From the NCBI GenBank assembly GCA_040768745.1, contig JAXGMI010000001.1, forward strand, positions 1-64,000: a stretch of 64,000 nt of DNA, read 5' to 3'. Made by a program: the position numbers and the translations under genes. The notes below the pieces were generated by a model. That model worked only from the letters and a program-made list of their open reading frames with translations, had not been told where the DNA came from and searched no databases. Shown here one piece after another: positions 9,632-18,309 of this stretch (position 1 is the first letter of the stretch; every line of letters begins with the position of its first letter). This stretch comes from Desulfomicrobium sp. Its GTDB lineage: Bacteria; Desulfobacterota; Desulfovibrionia; Desulfovibrionales; Desulfomicrobiaceae.

Positions 9632-10356
9632 GAGTCGCTCCTTTTGCGCGAAGACAGAATTCCCAGAATCATCACGGAAAGAATGGGTGCCAAAGAGACC
9701 AGAGAGATGAGCCCGAACCCGTCGGCCACAGGATCCCGCCCGTCCATGGCCCCGGCTACACCCAGGGCGATGGCCATGACAAACGTCACGGTCATGGGTC
9801 CCGTTGAGGCCGCACCGGCGTCAAAAGCCGCAGAGATGAAGGACGGGTTGGAAAAACGTGTCATAATCAGGGCTATCAGGTATCCTGGCACCACCAGCCA
9901 GAGGATGTGTATGCCTGCCAGCAGTTTGAGCATGCCAAGGGCGACGAACACTCCGACCCCCAGGGACAGTGTCACCAGGACGAGCTTCTGACTGATCGCC
10001 CCGCTGGAGGCCTTTTCCATCTCAATGGCCAGAACACGCAGGGATGGTTCCGCCGCCGTGGCCGCAAGACCAAAAAGGAAGCCCAATGGCACCAAGGCCC
10101 ATCGCCACGGGGCTTCACCGATGATGTGCCCGATTTCCGTTCCCGCAGGCAGGAATCCCTGGGTCACCCCCTGCAGAAAAAGAACAAGTCCACAGTAGGA
10201 CAGGATCACTCCCTTGACCAGGCGCAGCACATAGGACCTGGGTAAACGCAGGAATCGGAACTGCATGTAGAAAAAAAAGAGCACCAGGGGCGCAAAGGCC
10301 ATCAGGAGTTCCACAGCCACACGCCGGAAATCAAAAAAGTCCCAGACAATATTCAT
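9628..10356 (-). CDS. DUF1538 membrane protein
   Basis: AEPSLRVLA and AFDAGAASTGPMTV. Confidence 0.85.
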   Translation of the reverse strand: MNIVWDFFDFRRVAVELLMAFAPLVLFFFYMQFRFLRLPRSYVLRLVKGVILSYCGLVLFLQGVTQGFLPAGTEIGHIIGEAPWRWALVPLGFLFGLAATAAEPSLRVLAIEMEKASSGAISQKLVLVTLSLGVGVFVALGMLKLLAGIHILWLVVPGYLIALIMTRFSNPSFISAAFDAGAASTGPMTVTFVMAIALGVAGAMDGRDPVADGFGLISLVSLAPILSVMILGILSSRKRSDS

Positions 10357-11048
10357 CCGTACAGTATCCCCAGCATCATGACGCCGATGATCGGACCAAT
10401 GACAGTCAACCCCACCAGACCGAACCCGTCGCTGAAGGAATTCTTTCCGCGCAGCACGCTTGCTGTGCCCATACCCAGAGCGATGATGAAGGGCACGGTC
10501 ACGGGCCCCGTGGTCACCCCTCCGGCATCATAGGCGACTGGCAAAAAATTCGGCGGGGTGAAAAAGGACAGGACCAGGATAACCCCATACCCGCACATCA
10601 GCACCTTGGCGATGGGTATCCCCGTCACGATGCGCAGCACCGCTCCGCCCACACAGCAGCCTACGCTCAGAGCCACCATGAAAATCAACATGTTGCGCGG
10701 CACGAGCCCATCAGAGGTAAAATCGATCTGGTGGGCCAGGACAAGCACGTTGGGCTCGGCCACGGTGATGGCCACTCCAAGCACAAAAGACATGAACACA
10801 AGATAGTTGACGGATCCGCTTTTGGGCAGTTCCGCCCCGATCATTTCCCCCATGGGCAAGAGTCCCGCGTTCACGCCCAGAAGGAACAGGAAGAGGCCGC
10901 ACCCCACAAAAAGGGCACCCAGGGCGAAACGGCCGAACACGTCCCATGGCATGTGCAACAGCCCGATCTGCAGGACGCAGACGATGAGGCTGATGGGCAG
11001 GACCGCGAGGGCGACATCTCGTACCAACTGAATGAGTTCCTTATTCAT
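10353..11048 (-). CDS. DUF1538 membrane protein
   Basis: AEPNVLVLA and AYDAGGVTTGPVTVPFI. Start placed at MNKEL. Confidence 0.85.
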   Translation of the reverse strand: MNKELIQLVRDVALAVLPISLIVCVLQIGLLHMPWDVFGRFALGALFVGCGLFLFLLGVNAGLLPMGEMIGAELPKSGSVNYLVFMSFVLGVAITVAEPNVLVLAHQIDFTSDGLVPRNMLIFMVALSVGCCVGGAVLRIVTGIPIAKVLMCGYGVILVLSFFTPPNFLPVAYDAGGVTTGPVTVPFIIALGMGTASVLRGKNSFSDGFGLVGLTVIGPIIGVMMLGILYG

Positions 11049-11487
11049 TTTCACATCTTGGACAGGGTTTAGACCACACGGAGGCGGGTCCCTCAAGAAA
11101 CACCTTTTGCCAAAGTTTTTTTATAATTGCAAAAACAACGTATGTTTTCAAGCTCATCCGCTTTGAACGCACGCGCACACATGGATTATTACACCAGCAC
11201 CCTGAACTTGCGACCGGACACATCGGTGTGAACATGACGCATGGTTCGCCATCGCCAGGCGTCTTCGGCGTGGCGATCGGTGCTTTGCACCATTGAGCGG
11301 TTCCGGCTTCATCCACCGAAAATCCGGATTGCTCCTGCATGTCTGGCACGTTCGTCGGAGGCCAGGCTCTGCGTGGAGATTCCTCGCAAGGACAGGGCTC
11401 CATGGTGGCCCCCCCGGCTTGTGCGCGGGCAGGGACCCCTGCCGGGATGCCCAGGACCGCGCACGTTGAAACCGGATGGACCTGTTT

Positions 11488-13488
11488 TCAAGCCGCAAAT
11501 CCGGATTCGTCCGCCACCACGATGAAAAGGCCGGCCTTCTCCGAGATCACATCCTGCTCACCGAACACATGCACCCGGTCTCCGCTATTGAAGACCCAGC
11601 CTGGATCAGGGTTGATCTGGGTTTTTCCGGCCCGCTGCACGGCCACCACGGTCAAGCCGTGCTCCTTGCGCAGACGCGAATCGATCAGGCTCTTGCCCTC
11701 CACAAAGGCCCCGGGCACGACGGTCAGCACCGTGGCCCCGAAGGACGAGCACGTCCCCTCCAGGCCGCAGGCATCTGCCGTGTTCAGCATGGGCCGGCGC
11801 AACATGCCGTACCCCTCGGCCCTGATCTCACGCACGAAGCGCTCGATATCGACCTTGGGCACCATGTAGACGGACAGGACGCGAATGAACATCTCCACCG
11901 AGGTCTCGTACTCCTCGGCCACCACCTCCTGCGCGCCGAGCTGCAGCAGCGGTTCTATTTCCGTGACGAACCTGGTGCGGACCACGATATGCAGTGCCGG
12001 GTTGTGGGCCCTGGCCGTGGCCACGATGCGCCCGATGGCCGCAGGGTCGGAGATGACCACCGCCAGGATTCTGGCCTTGGCCACGTTGATATGCTCCAGC
12101 ACTGCGGCCTGGGAGGCGTCGCCATACATGATGGGCTCGCCCCGGCTTCGCTCCCGGCGCACGGTATCGGGATTCATCTCCAGAATGACGTAGCGGATGC
12201 CGGCGGCCCTGGCTGCCCTGGCCAGGTGGTGCCCGCCCAGACCAAAACCGGCGATGATGAGGTGGTCACGCTGGTCCGCGTCGGACTCTTCGGGCGGCGC
12301 GGCCTTCAGCCCGGGAGGCATGAACTTGACCAGACGTTCGGAAAAGTTCGGCACGGCAGCGATGAGAAAAGGGGTCACCGCCATGGTCATGATGGCCACG
12401 GCCAGAAAATACTGATATTCCGTGGGGGTGAGCAGTTTGTTGCCCAGGCCCACTCCGGCCAGGACAAAGGAGAATTCGCCGATCTGGCACAGACACACTC
12501 CTGCCAGAATGGCCACGTGCAGGGGATAGCCGAGGATGCGGCCAGCCGCGGCGGCCAGCGCAGTCTTGGCCAGCACAACGGCCAAGGCCAGGCCAAGGAC
12601 CTGCGGCAGGTGGGTCAGGACAAAGAACGGGTTCAGCAGCATGCCGATGGAAACGAAAAAGATGCTCGTGAACACGTCGCGAAAGGGCAGCACCCCCTCC
12701 AGGGCGGAGTGGCTGTATTCAGACTCGCTCATGATCAGACCGGCCAGAAAAGCGCCCAGGGAGAGGGACAGTCCCACGCTGGAGGTCAGCAAGGCAATGG
12801 CGAAGCACAGTCCCAGGGTGGTCATCAGAAAGAGTTCCCGGCTGCGCGTGCGAATGACGGCCTCGAGCACCCGGGGGATGAGCTTGCGCGCCACGACCAG
12901 CAGCACGACGCCTACCAGCGCAGCCTTGAGCAAAAGTTCGCCCAGGGAAAGCCAGGGATTTTGCGCCACCCCGGCCAGCAAGGGAATGAGCAGCATCATG
13001 GGCACCACGGCCACGTCCTGGAAGATGAGCATGCCCAGGGAAATGCGGCCGTGGGGAGCCCCCAGCTGGGCCTTTTCGGCCAGAAGCTTGAGCACGATGG
13101 CCGTGCTGGACAGGGCGGCCAGAAAGCCGATGAAAAGGGCCTTGCCCAGACCATCGCCGAACAGCATGAACGGCAGTTCCAGAACTGCGATGGTCAGCAG
13201 GACCTGCGCGGCCCCCCCGATGAACACCGGCTTTTTGAGCCTCTGCAGTTCTTCGAGGGAAAGCTCCATGCCAATGACGAACAGGAGCAGGATCACCCCG
13301 ATTTCAGCAAACATCTCGACCTGATGCGCATCCCCAACCAAACCCAGGCCGTGGGGCCCGGCCAGGACGCCGGTCAGCAGGAACCCGATCACAGGGGGAA
13401 CCCGCAGGCGATGACTGGCGAGGATCACTGCGCAGGAAAGGCCGAAAATCATGACCGCATCGGCCAGAATGGGAATTTCAACGCTCAC
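11488..13488 (-). CDS. CPA2/Kef-type cation:proton antiporter with TrkA-N and TrkA-C domains
   Basis: LSSTAIVLK, LIFQD, GFGLGG, YGDAS. The GTG start overlaps the PadR end. Confidence 0.88.
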   Translation of the reverse strand: MSVEIPILADAVMIFGLSCAVILASHRLRVPPVIGFLLTGVLAGPHGLGLVGDAHQVEMFAEIGVILLLFVIGMELSLEELQRLKKPVFIGGAAQVLLTIAVLELPFMLFGDGLGKALFIGFLAALSSTAIVLKLLAEKAQLGAPHGRISLGMLIFQDVAVVPMMLLIPLLAGVAQNPWLSLGELLLKAALVGVVLLVVARKLIPRVLEAVIRTRSRELFLMTTLGLCFAIALLTSSVGLSLSLGAFLAGLIMSESEYSHSALEGVLPFRDVFTSIFFVSIGMLLNPFFVLTHLPQVLGLALAVVLAKTALAAAAGRILGYPLHVAILAGVCLCQIGEFSFVLAGVGLGNKLLTPTEYQYFLAVAIMTMAVTPFLIAAVPNFSERLVKFMPPGLKAAPPEESDADQRDHLIIAGFGLGGHHLARAARAAGIRYVILEMNPDTVRRERSRGEPIMYGDASQAAVLEHINVAKARILAVVISDPAAIGRIVATARAHNPALHIVVRTRFVTEIEPLLQLGAQEVVAEEYETSVEMFIRVLSVYMVPKVDIERFVREIRAEGYGMLRRPMLNTADACGLEGTCSSFGATVLTVVPGAFVEGKSLIDSRLRKEHGLTVVAVQRAGKTQINPDPGWVFNSGDRVHVFGEQDVISEKAGLFIVVADESGFAA

Positions 13489-13876
13489 TGTCTTTCCCCC
13501 CGCAATGATCTGCCGTGTGCGTGGCCGTGCGGGAGCGGTACAGGGCCACAAAATCCTGAAGCTTGCGCATCCTGTTTTCCATGTGCCCGATCCAGGCCTC
13601 CAGCACCTCCCTTCCAGCTGGGGTGACTTCGTAGACTCGCTTGGCCGGGCCTGAACCTTCAGCTTCCCAGCGCGAAATGACCAGTTCCTCCTCCTCCATC
13701 TGGCGCAGGTGGCGATAGATCATCCCTGGCGGGACATCCTCGCGGAAAAAACCAAAATCAGGAAGGCGCTGCAGCAATTCGTACCCGTAGGACGCCCCGC
13801 TCAAGAGGGCCATCAGCAGTGACGGCTGGATGTAACGTTCAGCTTTGGACGTTCCTGTATTTTTACCACCAGACAT
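13478..13876 (-). CDS. PadR family transcriptional regulator
   Basis: SYGYEL, IYRHLRQME, GPAKRVYEVT. Confidence 0.88.
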   Translation of the reverse strand: MSGGKNTGTSKAERYIQPSLLMALLSGASYGYELLQRLPDFGFFREDVPPGMIYRHLRQMEEEELVISRWEAEGSGPAKRVYEVTPAGREVLEAWIGHMENRMRKLQDFVALYRSRTATHTADHCGGKDSER

Positions 13877-13890
13877 AGAAACCTCACTTG

Positions 13891-13916
13891 ACATATATCC
13901 TTAAAGAACATATATA
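13891..13916. promoter_or_regulatory. Candidate PadR operator in the 76-bp divergent gap
   Basis: ACATATAT repeated twice (ATATAT-N-ATATAT dyad) between the divergent starts. Confidence 0.35.
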
Positions 13917-13952
13917 CAGTTCAACAAAAGAACTGAACCAGGAGGGTCAGCC

Positions 13953-14168
13953 ATGAGCAACATCATTTTTGTACGGGAAAGACGGAAAGTCGAAAAGGGA
14001 GAAAAGCGTCCCCGCTTCCGCGTGGTCGGAACCATCGGTGACATCAGGATCGTGGCCGAGCATATGCGCAAGTGCGAACTAGACGAAATCGCAAAGGTGA
14101 GCGGCACGCAGGTCGTATTCCTTTCTTCTGACGGCGAAGGCAAGGAAGGGATGAAGAAAGGAGACTAA
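13953..14168 (+). CDS. Small hypothetical protein
   Basis: GGAGG RBS, 71 aa, followed by a terminator. Confidence 0.7.
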   Translation: MSNIIFVRERRKVEKGEKRPRFRVVGTIGDIRIVAEHMRKCELDEIAKVSGTQVVFLSSDGEGKEGMKKGD

Positions 14169-14185
14169 TCGGGGCCGCGGCATGT

Positions 14186-14221
14186 AAAAAAGGCCGCTCC
14201 AGAATCGGGGCGGCCTTTTTT
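14186..14221. terminator. Bidirectional intrinsic terminator
   Basis: A6-GGCCGCTCC-loop-GGGGCGGCC-T6. Confidence 0.8.
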
Positions 14222-14236
14222 ACTGCGGGAGGGGCA

Positions 14237-15091
14237 TCAGTCCTTGTAGACGATGGTTCCCACGTGCTCCCCGCGCAGGGCAGACAGGATATGCTCCGGA
14301 TGGCGCAGCGCGTCGATGACCTGAAATTCCTTCAGGCACTTGGAATTCTTCAGGAATGTCAGGACAGGACGCTCCACGATCAGGTCGTCGAGATCCATGG
14401 CGATGAGTTCAGACACTGAAATGCGGTCAATGAACTGCAGCTCTTCGATTGACTTGGCTTTTTTGGGGTCGTCGCTGTACAGGCCCCGTTCGTCTTTCAG
14501 ATAAATGAGGGAGCGGGCGCCGATGTTTTCGGCCAGCAGGAACGCCCCGCTGTCCGTACGGTGCGGGGGGATGGAACCGATTTCCGCCGGGTGTTCGAAA
14601 AAGCCGTACGGAGGGATGCCCGTGGTGATGGGCAAGTAGCCTTCCTGGCAGAACATGGTCAGCTGCTCCAGATGGTCCCCGTGCCCAATGCGCACGCCGC
14701 CGTGCTTGGCCAGAAGCACGGCCAGCATCTCGGCGTTCTGGGAGGACACCTTGTCTCCCAGCTTGGACAGGACCCCCGTGGGCATGCCCAGGTCCACGCC
14801 GATGTTGTAGACATGGCGAGCGCGTGTACCGCCCCCGGTCATGAGCAGAATCTTGAACTGCTCCTTGGCCTGGAGCAGCACCTCGATGATGGGGAAAAGG
14901 GCTTTGGAACCGCGGTCCATGATGGACTGACCGCCGATCTTGAGAACATTCACGTCCGGGTGCATCCGGAAATATTCCGCCGATTCGGTCTTTCCCAAAA
15001 ATTTCTTGCTGACCAGCGATTCACCCATGAGAGGTGTGTCGATGTGCAATCTTCCGACCTCTGATTTTTCCTTGATGAGCGAACTTCCCAC
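14237..15091 (-). CDS. Molybdenum storage protein subunit homolog (amino-acid-kinase/UMP-kinase fold)
   Basis: VLKIGGQSIMDRG, GGGTRARH, IPPHRTDSGA, KDERGLYSDDPK. GGAGG precedes the GTG start. Confidence 0.8.
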   Translation of the reverse strand: MGSSLIKEKSEVGRLHIDTPLMGESLVSKKFLGKTESAEYFRMHPDVNVLKIGGQSIMDRGSKALFPIIEVLLQAKEQFKILLMTGGGTRARHVYNIGVDLGMPTGVLSKLGDKVSSQNAEMLAVLLAKHGGVRIGHGDHLEQLTMFCQEGYLPITTGIPPYGFFEHPAEIGSIPPHRTDSGAFLLAENIGARSLIYLKDERGLYSDDPKKAKSIEELQFIDRISVSELIAMDLDDLIVERPVLTFLKNSKCLKEFQVIDALRHPEHILSALRGEHVGTIVYKD

Positions 15092-15345
15092 AATATCCTC
15101 CGTTTGCTGCGTTTTTTCAAAAAAGAACGGCATGCGACGCGATGTCAAACATCTCCCGCTTCAGCAGGGCGCCAGGACCCATGCCTGCCGAATATCCTAA
15201 AACCACATTGGATGCCAGATGTATGCCCTGAAAAAGAAAGAGAGCGGTTTGCCCGAACGCCATGCCCGGTCCTTTCCATCGCCGTATTTGCAGTGCCGCA
15301 CCAGGCCTGTAACCCTCTGCGACAAAACCGTCCCCGCACGAAGTT

Positions 15346-15375
15346 TTGACATTTTTCACAAAAACCAACTATAAT
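15346..15375 (+). promoter_or_regulatory. Sigma70 promoter for the transporter gene
   Basis: TTGACA-N18-TATAAT, both hexamers perfect. Confidence 0.6.
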
Positions 15376-15453
15376 AATTATTTCATGGTGTTATAATTTA
15401 AATGCCGCCTTCATAGCCCTTGACATTGTGGCGCAAAACCGAATATCAAAGGC

Positions 15454-15491
15454 CTTATAGACACGTAAATAATTTTAAGCGTGTCAATAAG
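15454..15491. promoter_or_regulatory. Palindromic operator (TunR-like spacing)
   Basis: CTTATAGACACG-N14-CGTGTCAATAAG, arms match at 11 of 12. Confidence 0.6.
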
Positions 15492-15536
15492 TCAAGTCCT
15501 TCACGCCACGCACGGCAAAAAAAAGAGAGGCGCCCT

Positions 15537-16799
15537 ATGACCCACGAACACGAGACGATGAGCGATCAGGCCGGGAACACGGGCAGTCCACATCGGCCAG
15601 CCGGCCGCAGGGGCCTTTCATTCCTCAGTGATTTCAAATTCGATCGCGTTGAATTGGCAGGGTCCTTTGGAGATCTCGGCACCCTTCTCCCCATCGTCGT
15701 GGGCATGATTCTGATCAACAAGCTGAGCCCCACCACCGTCTTTTTGTCTTTCGGGCTGTTCTATCTGCTCACGGCATTCCATTACCGCCTGCCGATCCCG
15801 GTTCAACCTTTGAAAGCGGTCGGCGCCATCGCCATCGGCTTCCCGAACGAAATCACCGCATCGGTCATCGGCGCATCCGGGGTGATCTTTGGCGGCCTGC
15901 TGCTCCTGTTCTCCATGACCGGCATCGTCGACAAACTGGCGAAGCTCTTCACCCCGCCTGTTGTCCGGGGCATTCAGCTTGCTCTGGGCCTTGTTTTTCT
16001 CAAAAAAGGCATCGAGCTGATCGTTTCGAAAAATTTGTTCTTGTCGGGTGTCCAGGGATATTTCCCGGGTTCGAACATCAATCTGATACTGGGCATCGTC
16101 GTTTTCGCAATGGTCCTGCTCTTGCTGGACAACAAGAAGGTGCCCGCGGCCATCGCGGCAGTGGGCGTGGGCATCCTGGCAGGCTTTTTCCTCGGCGGGC
16201 TGGGCGATCAGAAACTCTCCCTTGGACCCACAAGCGTCCATTTCGTGTCCTTTTCGCTGCACGACCTGTGGATCGCCTTCATCATGCTGATCCTGCCCCA
16301 AATTCCCCTCACCATTGGAAATGCCTGTGTTGGGACCGCGGACACCTGTTCCATGCTGTTTCCGCAAGACCCCAAACTTTCGAGAACATCCGCAGGCAAA
16401 TTTGCCCTGACAATGGGATTGGCGAATCTTCCGACCGGGTTCTTCGGCGCGGTGCCCATGTGTCACGGCACGGGCGGTCTTGCCGCGCATTATCGATTTG
16501 GAGCGCGAACCGGCGGCGCTCCGCTGATGATCGGGACCATTTTCGTGATCCTGGCCCTCGTCTTTGGCGAAGCCGGTTTCACCTTTTTGACCCTCATCCC
16601 CAACTCGGTCCTCGGTGTACTCTTGATTTTTGCCGGCCTTGAGCTTTGCCCCCTGATCAGAAGCCTGAAGGCCAACGAGGAGTATTTCGTCGCCCTGTTG
16701 ATCAGCGGAATTTCCCTTGCTGTGCCCAACATGGCATGGGCGTTCGGGATCGGCATTCTCGTCGACCTTTTCATCCGCAAGGCAAAAATAAAAATCTAG
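15537..16799 (+). CDS. MOT1-family molybdate (sulfate) transporter
   Basis: ELAGSFGDLGTLLP, PIPVQPLK, PMCHGTGGLAAHYRFGARTG. Confidence 0.88.
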   Translation: MTHEHETMSDQAGNTGSPHRPAGRRGLSFLSDFKFDRVELAGSFGDLGTLLPIVVGMILINKLSPTTVFLSFGLFYLLTAFHYRLPIPVQPLKAVGAIAIGFPNEITASVIGASGVIFGGLLLLFSMTGIVDKLAKLFTPPVVRGIQLALGLVFLKKGIELIVSKNLFLSGVQGYFPGSNINLILGIVVFAMVLLLLDNKKVPAAIAAVGVGILAGFFLGGLGDQKLSLGPTSVHFVSFSLHDLWIAFIMLILPQIPLTIGNACVGTADTCSMLFPQDPKLSRTSAGKFALTMGLANLPTGFFGAVPMCHGTGGLAAHYRFGARTGGAPLMIGTIFVILALVFGEAGFTFLTLIPNSVLGVLLIFAGLELCPLIRSLKANEEYFVALLISGISLAVPNMAWAFGIGILVDLFIRKAKIKI

Positions 16800-16864
16800 C
16801 CTGGCAGCGGGATACAAAACACCCATCTCCGGATCATTGCTCGGTCCGGTCTTGACCATCCCAC

Positions 16865-16891
16865 AAAAAGCCACGAAATGCCGTGGCTTTT
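16865..16891. terminator. Intrinsic terminator
   Basis: AAAAAGCCACG-loop-CGTGGCTTTTT. Confidence 0.7.
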
Positions 16892-17268
16892 TGATTGGTT
16901 CAGAACCAGTACGATTCCAGTTCGGACTTCCCGTTGAAAAGACTTCTCCCTGTCCGAGGTGCTGTCCGGCAGCACGTCGGACGGCTCTGCGCAAGCTCTG
17001 GCGTCATGCCGATCCAGCGTCAGGCCCGGGAATGTTATGCCGAAAAAGACATAAATGCCTATATTGACTAAAATTTTGCATATCTCTATCAAATCTGACA
17101 TAGATCAGCGCACGTTGTGAGGTCTGAGAATCAACGATCATGCACCTGGGTGCCCCATCACGGGAATGATTTTGGATTTTCATGCAGCCACACCCGCTCT
17201 GACAACAGGCCGGAAACGCCACATCCACCCCCTGCGCAGATTCAGACCACGCAGCACCGAGGCAAAGA

Positions 17269-18000
17269 ATGAAACTGACCATCGCCATGGACGACACGGA
17301 CAATTTGGAAACCCAGGGTACAGGCTGGCTCCTGGAAGACGCATGCAAGGAGATGGCCGCCCGCGGCTGGGGACCGTTTTCCATGATTTCGCGCCACCAG
17401 CTTTTCGTCCATCGGGACATACCCTACACATCCCACAACAGCGCCATGGTCGTTGAAGCCGAATCATCTGTGGATCAGCATCATTTCATCGAATTTCTTG
17501 GACAATACCTTGCCCAACACAGCGCCCCGGGATCGGATCCAGGCTTGTGCATTGTTCCCGAACTGCAGACGGATGTGCGCGAGGCCCTCATCTCCTTCGG
17601 TCTGCGGGCCAAACGGGAAGTGATCACCAAGGATCACGCCCACTCCCTGGCCCGAGACGCCGGGGTGCACCTTTCGGAGCACGGGGGGACAGGAGGCGGG
17701 GTGATCGGGGCCCTGGCCGGGGTCGGGCTGAGGCTGTGGGGCAACGACGGCCGCTATCGGGGCTGGCTTCACCTCGGCAGAGGCGGACAGGTCATGACTG
17801 CCGCCGCACTGAAAACCCATCCCGGCATAGAGGACATCCGCACCCCGGACGGCGGTCTTGTCGCCCACGAAGCATGCATCGCCCTGGCCGATCAGTTGAA
17901 GACCGTCTGCATGGACGGCAAGTCGACCCTCCTCGTTCATCCGGAAAACAGGGACCGGGTCCATGCGGCTCTGACCAAGAATGAACTCAAGTGCTATTGA
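17269..18000 (+). CDS. TiaS N-terminal-like (DDTD) protein of unknown function
   Basis: MDDTD..GTG, RHQL..IPYTSHNSA, SDPGLC, GTGGGVIGALAGVG. Confidence 0.7.
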   Translation: MKLTIAMDDTDNLETQGTGWLLEDACKEMAARGWGPFSMISRHQLFVHRDIPYTSHNSAMVVEAESSVDQHHFIEFLGQYLAQHSAPGSDPGLCIVPELQTDVREALISFGLRAKREVITKDHAHSLARDAGVHLSEHGGTGGGVIGALAGVGLRLWGNDGRYRGWLHLGRGGQVMTAAALKTHPGIEDIRTPDGGLVAHEACIALADQLKTVCMDGKSTLLVHPENRDRVHAALTKNELKCY

Positions 18001-18309
18001 TCCGTAACGCCACCTGACCATCGCGGACGGATCACTCCTCTCTCCACCCGCCCTCTGCCCTGCCTGCCCGTCCTGACCCAGCAGGGACACGACGATCTCC
18101 GCAAGCGCGACCGCGCCCTTTGTGACCGCTTCCCCGACCACTTTGTGATGAACTCTCCCTGTTTTCCTGAATGGCAGTTTTCCATATGTATTATTTATAA
18201 CATATTGAAAATACTGATTGATGTGGTATCAATGAATATCTTTGTGCTCATTTTCCATCTCCAGAGGAGGGGATGGCGGGCCCAAGAACCAGAAACCACG
18301 GAGGGTTTA

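Noticed and set aside
11050..11130. Possible c-di-GMP-I riboswitch upstream of DUF1538 (GGCAAA...GGTCTAA)
   Set aside because: Lacks the GAAA-tetraloop P2 and the GCAAAGC junction. Only scattered words match.
14237..15148. Uridylate kinase pyrH
   Set aside because: The motifs and the molybdate-transporter context fit the Mo-storage branch. It is not in a tsf-pyrH-frr context.
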